From positions 1 through 54,779 of IMG/VR virus record IMGVR_UViG_3300046751_000253: a stretch of 54,779 nucleotides of DNA; one strand, 5' to 3'. The notes under the pieces are model-generated. The model saw only the letters and a program-made list of their open reading frames with translations, did not search any database and had not been told where the DNA came from. Source of the stretch: a virus. Lineage: Duplodnaviria > Caudoviricetes. A program made the translations under genes and the position numbers. This document shows positions 28,506 to 38,460 of this stretch, in pieces; positions within the stretch are counted from its first letter, which is position 1, and every line of letters starts with the position of its first letter.

Positions 28506-31500
28506 ATGGCTATTGCTCCTAATACACAAGAGTTTTTTAATTTAAAACAAAGTGTAGAATCAGAAATAAATGCTGGTAATATTACAACCAAAAAGCAATT
28601 AAAAGAGCTTTTGGAAGCACAGGATATTGACTTCAATCAATTTATGTCTGTAGATAAAGAGTATGAACGTAGAAAAAAAGCAGGTACTCTTACAGAAGAT
28701 ACTACCTTTGACCTTGGTAAAATTGTAGGTTCTGCAGTAGGCAAAGCAGCAGAAGATGTAGGTCAAGTAGGTGGTGATGTAATAGAATTTGTTGGTGGTA
28801 AGGAAACAAGAAAAACTGTAGAAGGAGCTTTCCAAGATGCAGCAAACTTTCTTGATGAAAACCTACCTACAGAAATAACCTATGCGGCTAAAGAAACCTT
28901 TGACCCTCGTGTAAATATAGGGGAAGACATAGCTGCTGAGTTAGGTTCTTATGCTGTTCCTGCTGCTGGTCTAACAAAGGCTACAAAGTTTATTAAACCT
29001 AAAACAAGAGCAGGTAGATTAGCAAAGGGTACAGGAATAGGTATTGGTGCAGATGTATTGTCTCGTGGAGAAGACGAAACATTTGTTACAGAGTTTGCTG
29101 CCCTTGTTCCAGAAAGCGAAGAAGTTTTACAGCAACTAGCTATTGACCCTGATGATGGTGTAGCAGAACGTAGACTAAAACAGATTGTAGACTCTGCAAT
29201 TGCAGGTGGTGTTATTGCAATACCTGCTGCTGTGGCTTTTAAGTTATTAAAGGGTGGTGGTAGAAAGCTATTAGGTAAATTTAATTCTGTTCGTAATGAA
29301 GGTATTACTACTCCTATTACTCCTTCACCTACAGCCACCGCAACACGAGCTACAGTAGAAGAAACAACTCCGGGTACTTTTAGGCAACGTGGTCAAATAG
29401 GCCAAGCAATAGCAAAGATTAATACTAAACTAGGTAGAGCATTAACTTCTACTGCAGGTTTGCCACAACCCTTGTTTGAAGCCTTTATTAGAAAAAATCA
29501 GTTTGTTCAAGCTTCGTCTGCTCTTATACAAAAAGAAGCAAGAGCACTAGAAAAAGTATTAAAAAATTCTGATGTTGACAAGCAGCTTGTTAATCGTCTT
29601 CTTACAGGAGAAACATTATCTGCTCAAGAGATGGCTCAGATACCAGAAGAAATTGTTAATCAAGTAATGCGTATGCGTACAAAAATTGATAATAATTCAA
29701 GAAGAATTTTAGATGCTTTAAATTTACCTGATGATAATAAACTTCGTGCAGTTATAGACCCTGATACAGGTGGTGCATATCTTACTAGAACATTTGAATT
29801 TTCTACAAATCCTAAATGGTCTAAAGACATAGCTAAAGCAATTAAGAATAAATTATCTGACACACCACATAATGCTGATGTATTGTCTGCTGTACGTAAT
29901 GCACAAACACATTTAGCAAGAAATAATCCTGAGTTGTCTCCTGAACAAATCAATGGATTGATTATGGATTTGGTAGACAGAGGTAAAAAAGACACATCTT
30001 TTAATGTATTGTCTGAGTTAATTTCTAATGGTACTGGTGGACCTTCAGCTAAAATCCTTCGTGGTAGAAAAGAACTTGATAAGCCTATACTAGAATTACT
30101 AGGTGAAGTTAAAGACCCTGTAAGAAACTTTACAGAAACTATGACAAACCAAAATAAGCTAATTGCAAAAGCCAACTATATTCAAGATATTAAGAAGTTT
30201 GCTGAACAGAATGTAGGCAGAGATGTAAGAATAAAAGGATTGCTTCCTTTCTTACCAGAAGAAACTACAACATTTTTACGTAAAGCAGAAGTAACTCCTT
30301 CAGGTTTGGACGTAAGAGAGTCTTTGGAATCTCTTGCACAAAAAGAATTAGGTGCTTTTGGTGCAGGTGGTGAAGCTATCGGACTAAATAAGTTTGTTAC
30401 AACAAAAGAATTTAGTGATATGCTTAATAAAGGTATTGATACTTTTGGTGTAGACAATCCTGTAGGTAAGGGCTGGTTAAATATATTTGCTAAACCTGCT
30501 GCTGTAGGTCAGGCAATGGAAACAGTATTTGACCATACTGCACATCTAGTTAATACATATGGTATGGTTCAGCAGCTAGGAATGAATGGTGTATTATATC
30601 GTCCTAAAGTAGTTAAAGAAGCTGTTAAGTCTGCTAAAGCTATGTATGAAAAAGCTGCAAAGGGAGATGAAGAAACTCTTAAATTTTTACAAGCACTAAA
30701 AAACAGAGGTATTATTGACTCTAGTGTAGTTGCAGAAAACATTAAAAAGAATATTGATAGATTTGGTGAAGGTGCAGAAGGTGTAGAGGGTGCAATAACC
30801 AAAGCTATTAAAGCTCCCTTTAGAGGTATGTCTGCAGTATATGGTGGTGTAGATGACTTTGGTAAGATTATTGCTTTCCAAGCAGAATACAATGCATACA
30901 AAAAAGCATTACCGAATCTACCAGATGAAGAAATATTTAATCTAGCAACTGAAACAGTTCGTAATACTATGCCTTCTTATACTACGGCTGCTCCTGCAGT
31001 TCGTGCATTGGCTCGTTTACCCTTTGGTACATATGCAACATTCCCTGCAGAAATGGTACGTACAACTAAGAATATTCTTATGCAGGGAGCAAAAGATATT
31101 GCAGAAGGTAAAAGAACAAATAACCCTGAGTTAATAAAGATTGGTATGCGTAGACTTGCAGGTATAGGTGCAACCACTGCAGGTATTGAGTATGCAATTA
31201 GAAATAATAATAATCAAATGGGTATCTCTGATAATGATATACGTGCAGTTAATTTAACTGTACCTGATTATCAGAGAAATACAGAAAAAGTATTTACTCA
31301 ACCTTTTTATAAAGACCCTGTTACAGGTGAGATTATGACAAGGTTTATTGATTCAGGTACACTTGATTCAATGCAGTATATTAAAGGACCAACTCGTGCA
31401 GTTATTGCTCGTGTACTAGCAGGAGAAGACATTACACAAAGAGAATTAGATGATGCTTTGCCTGATGCAATAGCTGAATTGTATTCACCTTTTGTCTCTG

Positions 31501-32264
31501 AAAAGTTTTTAACAGAAGCAGTTATTAATGCTTATCGTGGAGTAGACGAAGAAGGTAATGAACTTAGTCCAGAAGAAAGAGTAAAAGGTCTTCTAGCCGT
31601 AGGTGTTCCGGGAAGTATTAAGGCAGGTCAAAAATATCTTAATGCAGAACAGTCAGAAGCATTACGTGGTGAAGGGCGTGGACAAACTGCCGCAGGATTT
31701 CCTATGCGTAAAGAAGATGCAGCAACTTTCTTTGCAACAGGCATAAGAAATAATACCATGAACTTAGATAAATCTGTTAGTTATAGTTTGTATCAAGACT
31801 CCCAAGAAATAAATAATGCCTCTAAAGAATTTAATAAATATTTAAAAACTGTTGCAGATAAACAGCTTACACAACAAGATGTTAATGATATACTTGAAAA
31901 GTATGTAGAAACACAGTTGAAAAAGAAAGAAGCAATGGCTCGTATGTCCGACAAAGTTAATGTTTTTAGAAATGTAGAGTTTTATGAAAAGGGAAAAGAT
32001 GGTAAAATATATAAATCAAAGTATGGAATTGATAATATAGTTAAAGCTTCTACAGGCAAGGGTAAATATAAAATTAATCCTAATTTAATTTATGGTCTAG
32101 TAGAAGGTTCAGAAGGTCAAGGTGTTTTTATTCCTGACAGTATTAACTCAGGACAGATTAAAAATATGTTAGTAGAAAGAAAGTTTCCACCAGCTTTAAT
32201 TAAAGGACTAAAACAATTGGAAGCTGGTTTGACAGGTCAGCCCCTAAGAAAGGTAGCAGAGTAA
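28506..32264 (+). CDS. Large internal virion/ejection protein
   Basis: 1252 aa helical; Y..VDDFGKI, VRNTMPSY, PFG.YATFPAE..R. Confidence 0.75.
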   Translation: MAIAPNTQEFFNLKQSVESEINAGNITTKKQLKELLEAQDIDFNQFMSVDKEYERRKKAGTLTEDTTFDLGKIVGSAVGKAAEDVGQVGGDVIEFVGGKETRKTVEGAFQDAANFLDENLPTEITYAAKETFDPRVNIGEDIAAELGSYAVPAAGLTKATKFIKPKTRAGRLAKGTGIGIGADVLSRGEDETFVTEFAALVPESEEVLQQLAIDPDDGVAERRLKQIVDSAIAGGVIAIPAAVAFKLLKGGGRKLLGKFNSVRNEGITTPITPSPTATATRATVEETTPGTFRQRGQIGQAIAKINTKLGRALTSTAGLPQPLFEAFIRKNQFVQASSALIQKEARALEKVLKNSDVDKQLVNRLLTGETLSAQEMAQIPEEIVNQVMRMRTKIDNNSRRILDALNLPDDNKLRAVIDPDTGGAYLTRTFEFSTNPKWSKDIAKAIKNKLSDTPHNADVLSAVRNAQTHLARNNPELSPEQINGLIMDLVDRGKKDTSFNVLSELISNGTGGPSAKILRGRKELDKPILELLGEVKDPVRNFTETMTNQNKLIAKANYIQDIKKFAEQNVGRDVRIKGLLPFLPEETTTFLRKAEVTPSGLDVRESLESLAQKELGAFGAGGEAIGLNKFVTTKEFSDMLNKGIDTFGVDNPVGKGWLNIFAKPAAVGQAMETVFDHTAHLVNTYGMVQQLGMNGVLYRPKVVKEAVKSAKAMYEKAAKGDEETLKFLQALKNRGIIDSSVVAENIKKNIDRFGEGAEGVEGAITKAIKAPFRGMSAVYGGVDDFGKIIAFQAEYNAYKKALPNLPDEEIFNLATETVRNTMPSYTTAAPAVRALARLPFGTYATFPAEMVRTTKNILMQGAKDIAEGKRTNNPELIKIGMRRLAGIGATTAGIEYAIRNNNNQMGISDNDIRAVNLTVPDYQRNTEKVFTQPFYKDPVTGEIMTRFIDSGTLDSMQYIKGPTRAVIARVLAGEDITQRELDDALPDAIAELYSPFVSEKFLTEAVINAYRGVDEEGNELSPEERVKGLLAVGVPGSIKAGQKYLNAEQSEALRGEGRGQTAAGFPMRKEDAATFFATGIRNNTMNLDKSVSYSLYQDSQEINNASKEFNKYLKTVADKQLTQQDVNDILEKYVETQLKKKEAMARMSDKVNVFRNVEFYEKGKDGKIYKSKYGIDNIVKASTGKGKYKINPNLIYGLVEGSEGQGVFIPDSINSGQIKNMLVERKFPPALIKGLKQLEAGLTGQPLRKVAE

Positions 32265-33508
32265 TGGCAAAGAAAAAGAAGACAAGTACTAAAGGTTTAG
32301 CAGGTATACCAGTATACGGTTCTAATGCTAAGACAGGTAAAGATATTCGTCTAAACAAAAAAGTTAAACCTAAGAAACTAAAAGGTGGTTATAACTATCT
32401 TGGTGAAGTAGAAACAGTTACTGTACCTAAACAGTGGTTGTCTTCTCCTGACCATGTAGTTGCAGAACTTGCTTACATTACTCCTGCTGAACAGAAAATA
32501 CTTATTGATGCTAACCTTTATGGTTCTCTTGATGGTAAACCTAATCGTGCTCCGGGTGGATTAATGTCTCTACAAGGTGACTTTGGTGGTGGAGATACAT
32601 ATGGTGGCGGTGGTAGTGAAGGTGAATCAGAAGGTAAAGAAGCTGCCGATTCTGCTTCTTCTGATTCTGGTGGCTCTTCTGACAGTGGTGGTGACGATGA
32701 CGGTGGAGCATATGACGATGACGATGTAGCTGCAGAACTAGGAGAAATGTTTGGAGATACTCAAGCCCAATCAAGATATCAGAGTTCAAGAAGTTTTGCA
32801 AGAGATACAGGTAGACCTGACCGTGTAAGTTTTGGTGGGTATGACCCAAGCAGTTATGACGAAGAACAGACTTCTGCTATTACCATTGCAGACTATGACC
32901 CTGAAACAGGAACAGGTGGAGACTTTTTGTCTGAGCAAGGAAGAAAAGATTTAGATGTCCTTGCAGAAAAAGCTTCTGCTTATTTTAATAGTCCTTTAAC
33001 AAAAGGTGTTCAAACTTTAGAAAAATTTAGTCCTTTAGCTAATCTAATAAATAAAATTCAAGGAACACCAAGTCTTACAAGGACTAAAGCAGGACTTGCT
33101 GCAGGTAGAATTGGTGATATGCAAATGGGTGTGCAACGAGGTGGTGTAGTAAAGTATGATAGTAAAGGTAATGTTTCTCATGTAGAAATGCCTGATGGTA
33201 GTAAAGTAGGAGAAAGAACAAGTAGCTCTAGTGATAAAGATGATTTTGTAGATTTAGGGGGCGGTAGTGGTGGTGGTACTACACCAGTTTCTGTAACACC
33301 TGCAATCACACCTAATGCTTATTATCAAAAGGGTATAGGTACACAGACTATTGATTTATCTGACCCTGTACAACGCAGGTTATTTATACAAAATCTTGTT
33401 GGGGGAACACCTAGTCCAATAGGTGGTTTTTATAATCCATTTAATGCTACCTATACTACTCAAGATGGTAAGGTAAGTGGTTTAGATATATTTAAAAGAA
33501 AAAAATAA
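32264..33508 (+). CDS. Putative internal virion protein with basic N-terminus and G/S/D-rich segment
   Basis: ELAYITPAEQKIL...GKPNRAPGGLMSL domain followed by an acidic low-complexity region. Confidence 0.7.
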   Translation: MAKKKKTSTKGLAGIPVYGSNAKTGKDIRLNKKVKPKKLKGGYNYLGEVETVTVPKQWLSSPDHVVAELAYITPAEQKILIDANLYGSLDGKPNRAPGGLMSLQGDFGGGDTYGGGGSEGESEGKEAADSASSDSGGSSDSGGDDDGGAYDDDDVAAELGEMFGDTQAQSRYQSSRSFARDTGRPDRVSFGGYDPSSYDEEQTSAITIADYDPETGTGGDFLSEQGRKDLDVLAEKASAYFNSPLTKGVQTLEKFSPLANLINKIQGTPSLTRTKAGLAAGRIGDMQMGVQRGGVVKYDSKGNVSHVEMPDGSKVGERTSSSSDKDDFVDLGGGSGGGTTPVSVTPAITPNAYYQKGIGTQTIDLSDPVQRRLFIQNLVGGTPSPIGGFYNPFNATYTTQDGKVSGLDIFKRKK

Positions 33509-33512
33509 ATAT

Positions 33513-33770
33513 ATGAAAAATGAAGAAAAACAAAGAACACTTGATAAAATGGTGAATTTAGTGGAGAATGAAACATTAATAACAGACAAGAAGACTTACC
33601 AAAAGAACAGGCGGTACATGGCTTGGTCTGCTCTTGCAATGATGCTTGTAGCAACGATAGCTGTACTTGTAAGCCCGGACAGGTTTGCAAGTGCCGAAGC
33701 CATACTAATGATGATGTATGGAAGCCTGTCAGCACTGGTCGCATCTTATTTTGGGTTTAGTAAAAAATGA
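33513..33770 (+). CDS. Two-TM membrane protein, holin-like
   Basis: RRYMAW + TM1, TM2 ending YFGF; adjacent to endolysin. Confidence 0.6.
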   Translation: MKNEEKQRTLDKMVNLVENETLITDKKTYQKNRRYMAWSALAMMLVATIAVLVSPDRFASAEAILMMMYGSLSALVASYFGFSKK

Positions 33771-34252
33771 AATATAATACTTCAAACTTTTTAGATAAAC
33801 TTATAGAACACGAAGGTATGGTTCTTACTGTCTACAAAGATACCCTTGGTATAGACACAATAGGTATTGGTCGTAATTTAAAAGACCGTGGTATTAGTAA
33901 AGAAGAACTTAACTACATGGACTACCCTAGTATAGAAGCTGTCTACCAGCACGGTCTTACAGAAGCAGATGCTAGGTATCTTGCAATGAATGATATTAAG
34001 ATAGTTGAGAATGAGTTATGTGCAGTACATAAGTGTGTAGAAGACCTTGATGGTGTTAGGCAATTAATACTTATGGACATGGCGTTTAACATGGGTGTTC
34101 CAAGGCTATGTAAGTTTAAGAAAATGTGGAATGCAATACATGAGAAGAAGTTTGAAGCTGCAAGTCTTGAGATGATGGATTCAAAATGGGCAAGGCAGGT
34201 AGGACAAAGAGCTAAGAAATTAAGTGAAGCTATGAAGCTGGGAGAATTTTAA
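33767..34252 (+). CDS. Endolysin, GH24/T4-type lysozyme
   Basis: HEG....YKDTLG..TIGIGRNL (E-x8-D-x5-T triad), MAFNMG, SKWARQVG.RA. Confidence 0.9.
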   Translation: MKYNTSNFLDKLIEHEGMVLTVYKDTLGIDTIGIGRNLKDRGISKEELNYMDYPSIEAVYQHGLTEADARYLAMNDIKIVENELCAVHKCVEDLDGVRQLILMDMAFNMGVPRLCKFKKMWNAIHEKKFEAASLEMMDSKWARQVGQRAKKLSEAMKLGEF

Positions 34253-34566
34253 TGTCATTAATAGAAATGGAAACTAATACACAACAACTTAATAGGTTGT
34301 TAAAAGCATTAGGCATGGAAGCAAAGCCTGTAAAGAAAGCTCCATCTGGAAAAGTAATTGATACTAATCCTATTAAAGATAGAGCATATAAAGTATCTAA
34401 GGGTAATGCTAAACCTAAGAAGGTTACTAAACCTAAAACTAAACCTAAGAAACAGAAACCTTCAAAGTCTACATCTACTTTGTTTGGTATTAGTTTTAAT
34501 AAAGCAGGTGGTACAGTAGGTAGTAAGAAAAATAAAAAACAATCTGGACATAATAGGTTATACTAA
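34252..34566 (+). CDS. Lys-rich basic protein
   Basis: 104 aa; FNKAGGTVG and terminal GHNRLY. Confidence 0.7.
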   Translation: MSLIEMETNTQQLNRLLKALGMEAKPVKKAPSGKVIDTNPIKDRAYKVSKGNAKPKKVTKPKTKPKKQKPSKSTSTLFGISFNKAGGTVGSKKNKKQSGHNRLY

Positions 34567-35312
34567 TGGGTACTCCAAGTTCAATGACACGTACAGGCAA
34601 ACATGAGCCTTGGGAACTTCAGGTTTCTAGGGGTCAGATTGCTTTTCATAAACGTCTATTAAAGTTTGGCTACAATGCTTTAATTAATGATACAGAAGAA
34701 ACCATATGGGAAGGTGGTGGTATTTATTCTTATCCTTCTTCTGCTTTAGCTATGACCGTCACAAGTGCCTCTGGTGCTACAGATAATGGTGTTAAAATTA
34801 CTATACAGGGTTTGGATGCTGATTATAATGAACAAAGTGTTGAGGTAACTCTTGCTGGTTCTGGTACAGCAACTACAACGGAAACATTTATTCGTGTCTT
34901 TCGTGCCTTTGTGTCAGGCTCAACTGCTCCTGTAGGTGCTATAACAATTGCTAATGGTGGAACAACCTATGCTTATATTAATGGAGACAATCAAACACTG
35001 ATGGCTTTATGGACAGTTCCTGCTGGATATACGGCTTACTTAGTTCAAACAGATGTAACAGTAATGACTGAAGCTAATAATAAGTTTGGTAAAGTAAGAG
35101 TTATTACAAGAGAACCCGGTGGAGTATTCAGAACACAGGATAATTTTTCAGCTAATAATATAGATATTGTTCGTTCCTATGCTTATCCACTACCTATTCC
35201 AGAAAAAACAGATATAGAGTTTCGTGGTATTGCAAGTAGCTCAAACGCATTATTACAAGTATCTGCTACCTTTGAAATTATTTATATTGAAAACGAAATA
35301 CCACCTAATTAA
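34566..35312 (+). CDS. Hypothetical virion protein
   Basis: 248 aa beta-rich; LQVSRGQI, KFGYN, ETIW, IQGLD, WTVPAG, IPEKTDIE. Confidence 0.7.
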   Translation: MGTPSSMTRTGKHEPWELQVSRGQIAFHKRLLKFGYNALINDTEETIWEGGGIYSYPSSALAMTVTSASGATDNGVKITIQGLDADYNEQSVEVTLAGSGTATTTETFIRVFRAFVSGSTAPVGAITIANGGTTYAYINGDNQTLMALWTVPAGYTAYLVQTDVTVMTEANNKFGKVRVITREPGGVFRTQDNFSANNIDIVRSYAYPLPIPEKTDIEFRGIASSSNALLQVSATFEIIYIENEIPPN

Positions 35313-35348
35313 TGTTAGGTAAAGTTTTAGAAATAGCAGGAGATAACT

Positions 35349-35732
35349 ATGTTAAACCTTCTCGTTGGCCCGATTGCAGAATTAGCAGGTACTTGGCTAA
35401 AAGGTTCAGTAGAAAAGACAAAAGCAAATGCGGAAGCAAAGGTAGCTAAAGCAAAAGCCGAAGCTACAATCATGGAAAAGAAAGCCACTGGAGAAATTGA
35501 TTGGGATTTGGAAATGGCAAAAGGAAGTCAATCGTCTTGGAAGGACGAATGGCTTACCATACTATTTTCAATCCCATTGATTTTAGCTTTTATTCCGGGG
35601 ATGGAAGAAGTAGTAGCTAATGGATTTGCACAGCTAGAAGCAATGCCTGAATGGTATCAGTACTCACTTGGCATCATTGTCGCTGCTAGCTTCGGTGTCC
35701 GTAGTGCTACTAAGTTCTTCGGTAAGAAGTAG
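35349..35732 (+). CDS. 3-TM holin (GTA-type)
   Basis: SSWKDEWLTILFSIPLILAF...MPEWYQYSLG..VAASFGVR. Confidence 0.75.
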   Translation: MLNLLVGPIAELAGTWLKGSVEKTKANAEAKVAKAKAEATIMEKKATGEIDWDLEMAKGSQSSWKDEWLTILFSIPLILAFIPGMEEVVANGFAQLEAMPEWYQYSLGIIVAASFGVRSATKFFGKK

Positions 35733-36176
35733 GTCTTCTTCGTCTTGCTCTTCTTCCTCATTGAACTCATCTGGAAATGCTTCTGCAAAAAGAAGAAAGC
35801 ACTGGTCAAACCCTAGAGCTTGAAGTATACCTTTGATGTCTTCCTCTAGGCTTTCAGTTGTCTGTTCTTCTACGTCTGCATTATTACCCCGTACACGAGA
35901 CAACAACTCCAAAGCTTTTAAAGCTGTTGTACCATGTCCTTCGTTTCGTGCTACTTCATATTGCTTCTCAATCTCATTGATAACATCTACGTTAGTTACC
36001 ATTTCATTGGTAAGTTCTTTTAACCTTTCTTGGATACGTTCTTCTTGTAGAAGTCTATGCCCTTGGTTATACGCAGATGCCTGACTATATCCTGCAGCCT
36101 TTGCCGCCTTTGTAGCATTTCGACTGAGGACATAGTTCTGGCAAAACTGTTCTTGCTTTTCATTAAGCTGCGACAT
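35664..36176 (-). CDS. terS: Terminase small subunit
   Basis: LNEKQEQFCQNY....NATKAAKAAGYS..SA...GHRLL HTH signature; ALKALELL. Confidence 0.85.
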   Translation of the reverse strand: MSQLNEKQEQFCQNYVLSRNATKAAKAAGYSQASAYNQGHRLLQEERIQERLKELTNEMVTNVDVINEIEKQYEVARNEGHGTTALKALELLSRVRGNNADVEEQTTESLEEDIKGILQALGFDQCFLLFAEAFPDEFNEEEEQDEEDLLLTEELSSTTDTEASSDNDAK

Positions 36177-38460
36177 TTAGTAACTCTGAGTAATGTTTCT
36201 CTTGGCCTCTCTTGGAAGCCTTCCAAACTTCTGAACAAAGTGTATTATCACCGTGGAAAAGCACACCCATATCAATCTCCATCTGGTCAAATAGTTTTTC
36301 ACAATCCTGTGCCATAGCAAGTAGCTCACCAGTAGTCCAGAAGTGCTTATCATTTAACTCTACCTTCATATACTTTGGTTTGTTCTGCTCTGTATCTGTG
36401 GTTTCTTTCTTCATTTCCTCTGTAACTTCTGGAATAGAACAATCAAAACCAAACAACTCAAAGTTTCGGAAGCCAAGTGTATGACCTATTGCAAGTGTTC
36501 TCATGGCTGCACAAGTACCACCTGTAATAAGAGTAGAGCCTTCGTCAATACCTGTTTCTTTGTCTACTACAATCTTATCCTTTACTTCCATATCACGAAG
36601 AGCATCTGAATAAGCTTGCCATCCTTTTACATTAGCTTTCTTTTTAAGAAGATGCTTAGTAACAGAAGGGTCAGTCATAGAAGCAACAAGGAAAATAGTT
36701 TCATTGTCTATCTTCTTAAACAAGTCCTTACGTTTTACTCCATGTGTACTGATACCATCAATAGGTCTAGGGTCAAGTATCACACAAGCAAATGGTTGAA
36801 TACCATTCTCAATCAAACGTGGATAACTATGCTTAACACAGAATACTTTATTGTTAGTGGCAGCTATACGTTCTTTTAACTTATCAAAATCAATCTCACC
36901 ACCAGAGACAATGATTGCAGTTTCGTCATTAACTTTACTTGTCTTAATCCAATCAAAGTCTTTGATTAACTTTCTATTCTCTTTTACATTGTCAATAATT
37001 TCTTGTTTAGGTCGTGAGTCTTTTGGTGTAACCACAATAGGTACACGAGTTAGTTCGTCAGGTAGTTTAGGTAATCCTTTTTTGTTGGCTACAAAACAAA
37101 GATGTGTAATGCCACCACCAAGAACACCGTCAGAGCTAGGCAATACCACTTTTCCATAAGCTTCTATTTCTCCCATTAGTTTGTTTACACCAAGATGTTC
37201 CTCTTTAGGAAGATTGCCCTGATTGTCCTTAGAGAAGTAGTCATCAAATACAACAACAGGAACATATGGTTTAATGTTTTCCCAATCTGCTTTTACTGTT
37301 TCATAAGAATGTCCACCATCAATATATGCAAAGTCTGCTTTCTTTACCATATCACAAGCAGGTACAGTTTCTTTACTGTCACCCTTATATAATTCAAAAG
37401 TAAACTTCTTATCAGTACGAGACATACGATAAGAGAAATCATCTAGTCTTTTATGAACAGCCTCAAGCATGTTATGTGCCTTACTATTCATTTCATATTC
37501 ATCAGATTCTTCTGTTGCTTCTTCAAACAAATCAAAGCCAATATAATGTACATTGTCTGTATGTTCAAAAGCAGCCAGAGCCATTTCAATTGCACGTCCA
37601 CCATTCCATGTACCTGTTTCCACAATGGTACTTGGCTTATAGAAACGTACCATATCGGCAAGTTGCTTGTACCGTTTAGGTCCTCTTACATCAGGAGCAA
37701 CTTCTGTAGTGCTAAGTTTCTTTTTTAGGTTACCTTTGAAATGGTCAAAGTATTCTGACAAAGGTGACTGAGCAAATGCTGCTAGTCCTTTGGCGTGTTC
37801 AGATAAGTTTTTAGTGACCATTCCGTGTGCTTTGTAGATGTTGAGGAGTCGTTCAAATATGAACCCGTCATGCCACTCTCTATATGCAATGGTTTCTCCA
37901 ATAGTGTAAGCCCCCCTAAAATCAGCAATGATACTGCAAGTATTATGAGAAGATAGGTTAAACCCAATAAAGCTTGTTTCACTATAGTCTGCATCCTTTC
38001 TGCCAAGATGTACTAAGTCTGCTTTGTCTGGCAACCACTTAGGAAATTGTTTTACATCTAGTCTTTTTGTTGTGACGGTATCTGCATCTAACCAAATCAT
38101 CCAGTTACTTTCGTCATGCTCTTCCTGTTCCATCATTTCAAATGCAAGGTCGGACAAAGCATACACTTTATGACACCACTTTATTGCGTCAAGCCGCCAG
38201 TTATATGGTTGTGTTCCACCATGTGTACCGTCATATGTCTTCATACGTTCACGGTACTGCGTCATTTCTGTTATGTCGTTAAGATTGCGGTAATGAATAT
38301 TATCAGCCATAGGGGCATCAACATCTTCAATGTTGAAGTCATGGTAGTAGGCATATAACTGAAAGTGTTTTGGATTCCACTTTTCAGTAACACTTTCCAA
38401 CATTTTCTTGGCATATTCATGGTATCCACTTTCACTAAATGAGGTTACAAATGTATACAT
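36163..38460 (-). CDS. Three-domain enzyme: GT-A glycosyltransferase + SAM methyltransferase + Maf/MptE-like (DUF115) domain
   Basis: WLDADT DxD; IVETGTWNG, GFDLFE, GDSKET, YIDGGHSYETVKAD, VFDDY; AIIVSGG, VILDPRP, GGT...LGFRNFELFGFDCS. Confidence 0.75.
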   Translation of the reverse strand: MYTFVTSFSESGYHEYAKKMLESVTEKWNPKHFQLYAYYHDFNIEDVDAPMADNIHYRNLNDITEMTQYRERMKTYDGTHGGTQPYNWRLDAIKWCHKVYALSDLAFEMMEQEEHDESNWMIWLDADTVTTKRLDVKQFPKWLPDKADLVHLGRKDADYSETSFIGFNLSSHNTCSIIADFRGAYTIGETIAYREWHDGFIFERLLNIYKAHGMVTKNLSEHAKGLAAFAQSPLSEYFDHFKGNLKKKLSTTEVAPDVRGPKRYKQLADMVRFYKPSTIVETGTWNGGRAIEMALAAFEHTDNVHYIGFDLFEEATEESDEYEMNSKAHNMLEAVHKRLDDFSYRMSRTDKKFTFELYKGDSKETVPACDMVKKADFAYIDGGHSYETVKADWENIKPYVPVVVFDDYFSKDNQGNLPKEEHLGVNKLMGEIEAYGKVVLPSSDGVLGGGITHLCFVANKKGLPKLPDELTRVPIVVTPKDSRPKQEIIDNVKENRKLIKDFDWIKTSKVNDETAIIVSGGEIDFDKLKERIAATNNKVFCVKHSYPRLIENGIQPFACVILDPRPIDGISTHGVKRKDLFKKIDNETIFLVASMTDPSVTKHLLKKKANVKGWQAYSDALRDMEVKDKIVVDKETGIDEGSTLITGGTCAAMRTLAIGHTLGFRNFELFGFDCSIPEVTEEMKKETTDTEQNKPKYMKVELNDKHFWTTGELLAMAQDCEKLFDQMEIDMGVLFHGDNTLCSEVWKASKRGQEKHYSELLNVAA

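Noticed and set aside
867-33744. Many minus-strand and off-frame ORFs within the structural arm (e.g. 9039-9443, 15487-15855, 29660-30175)
   Set aside because: Shadow ORFs of well-supported genes with no RBS or recognisable motifs. 15487-15855 is displaced by two better plus-strand genes.
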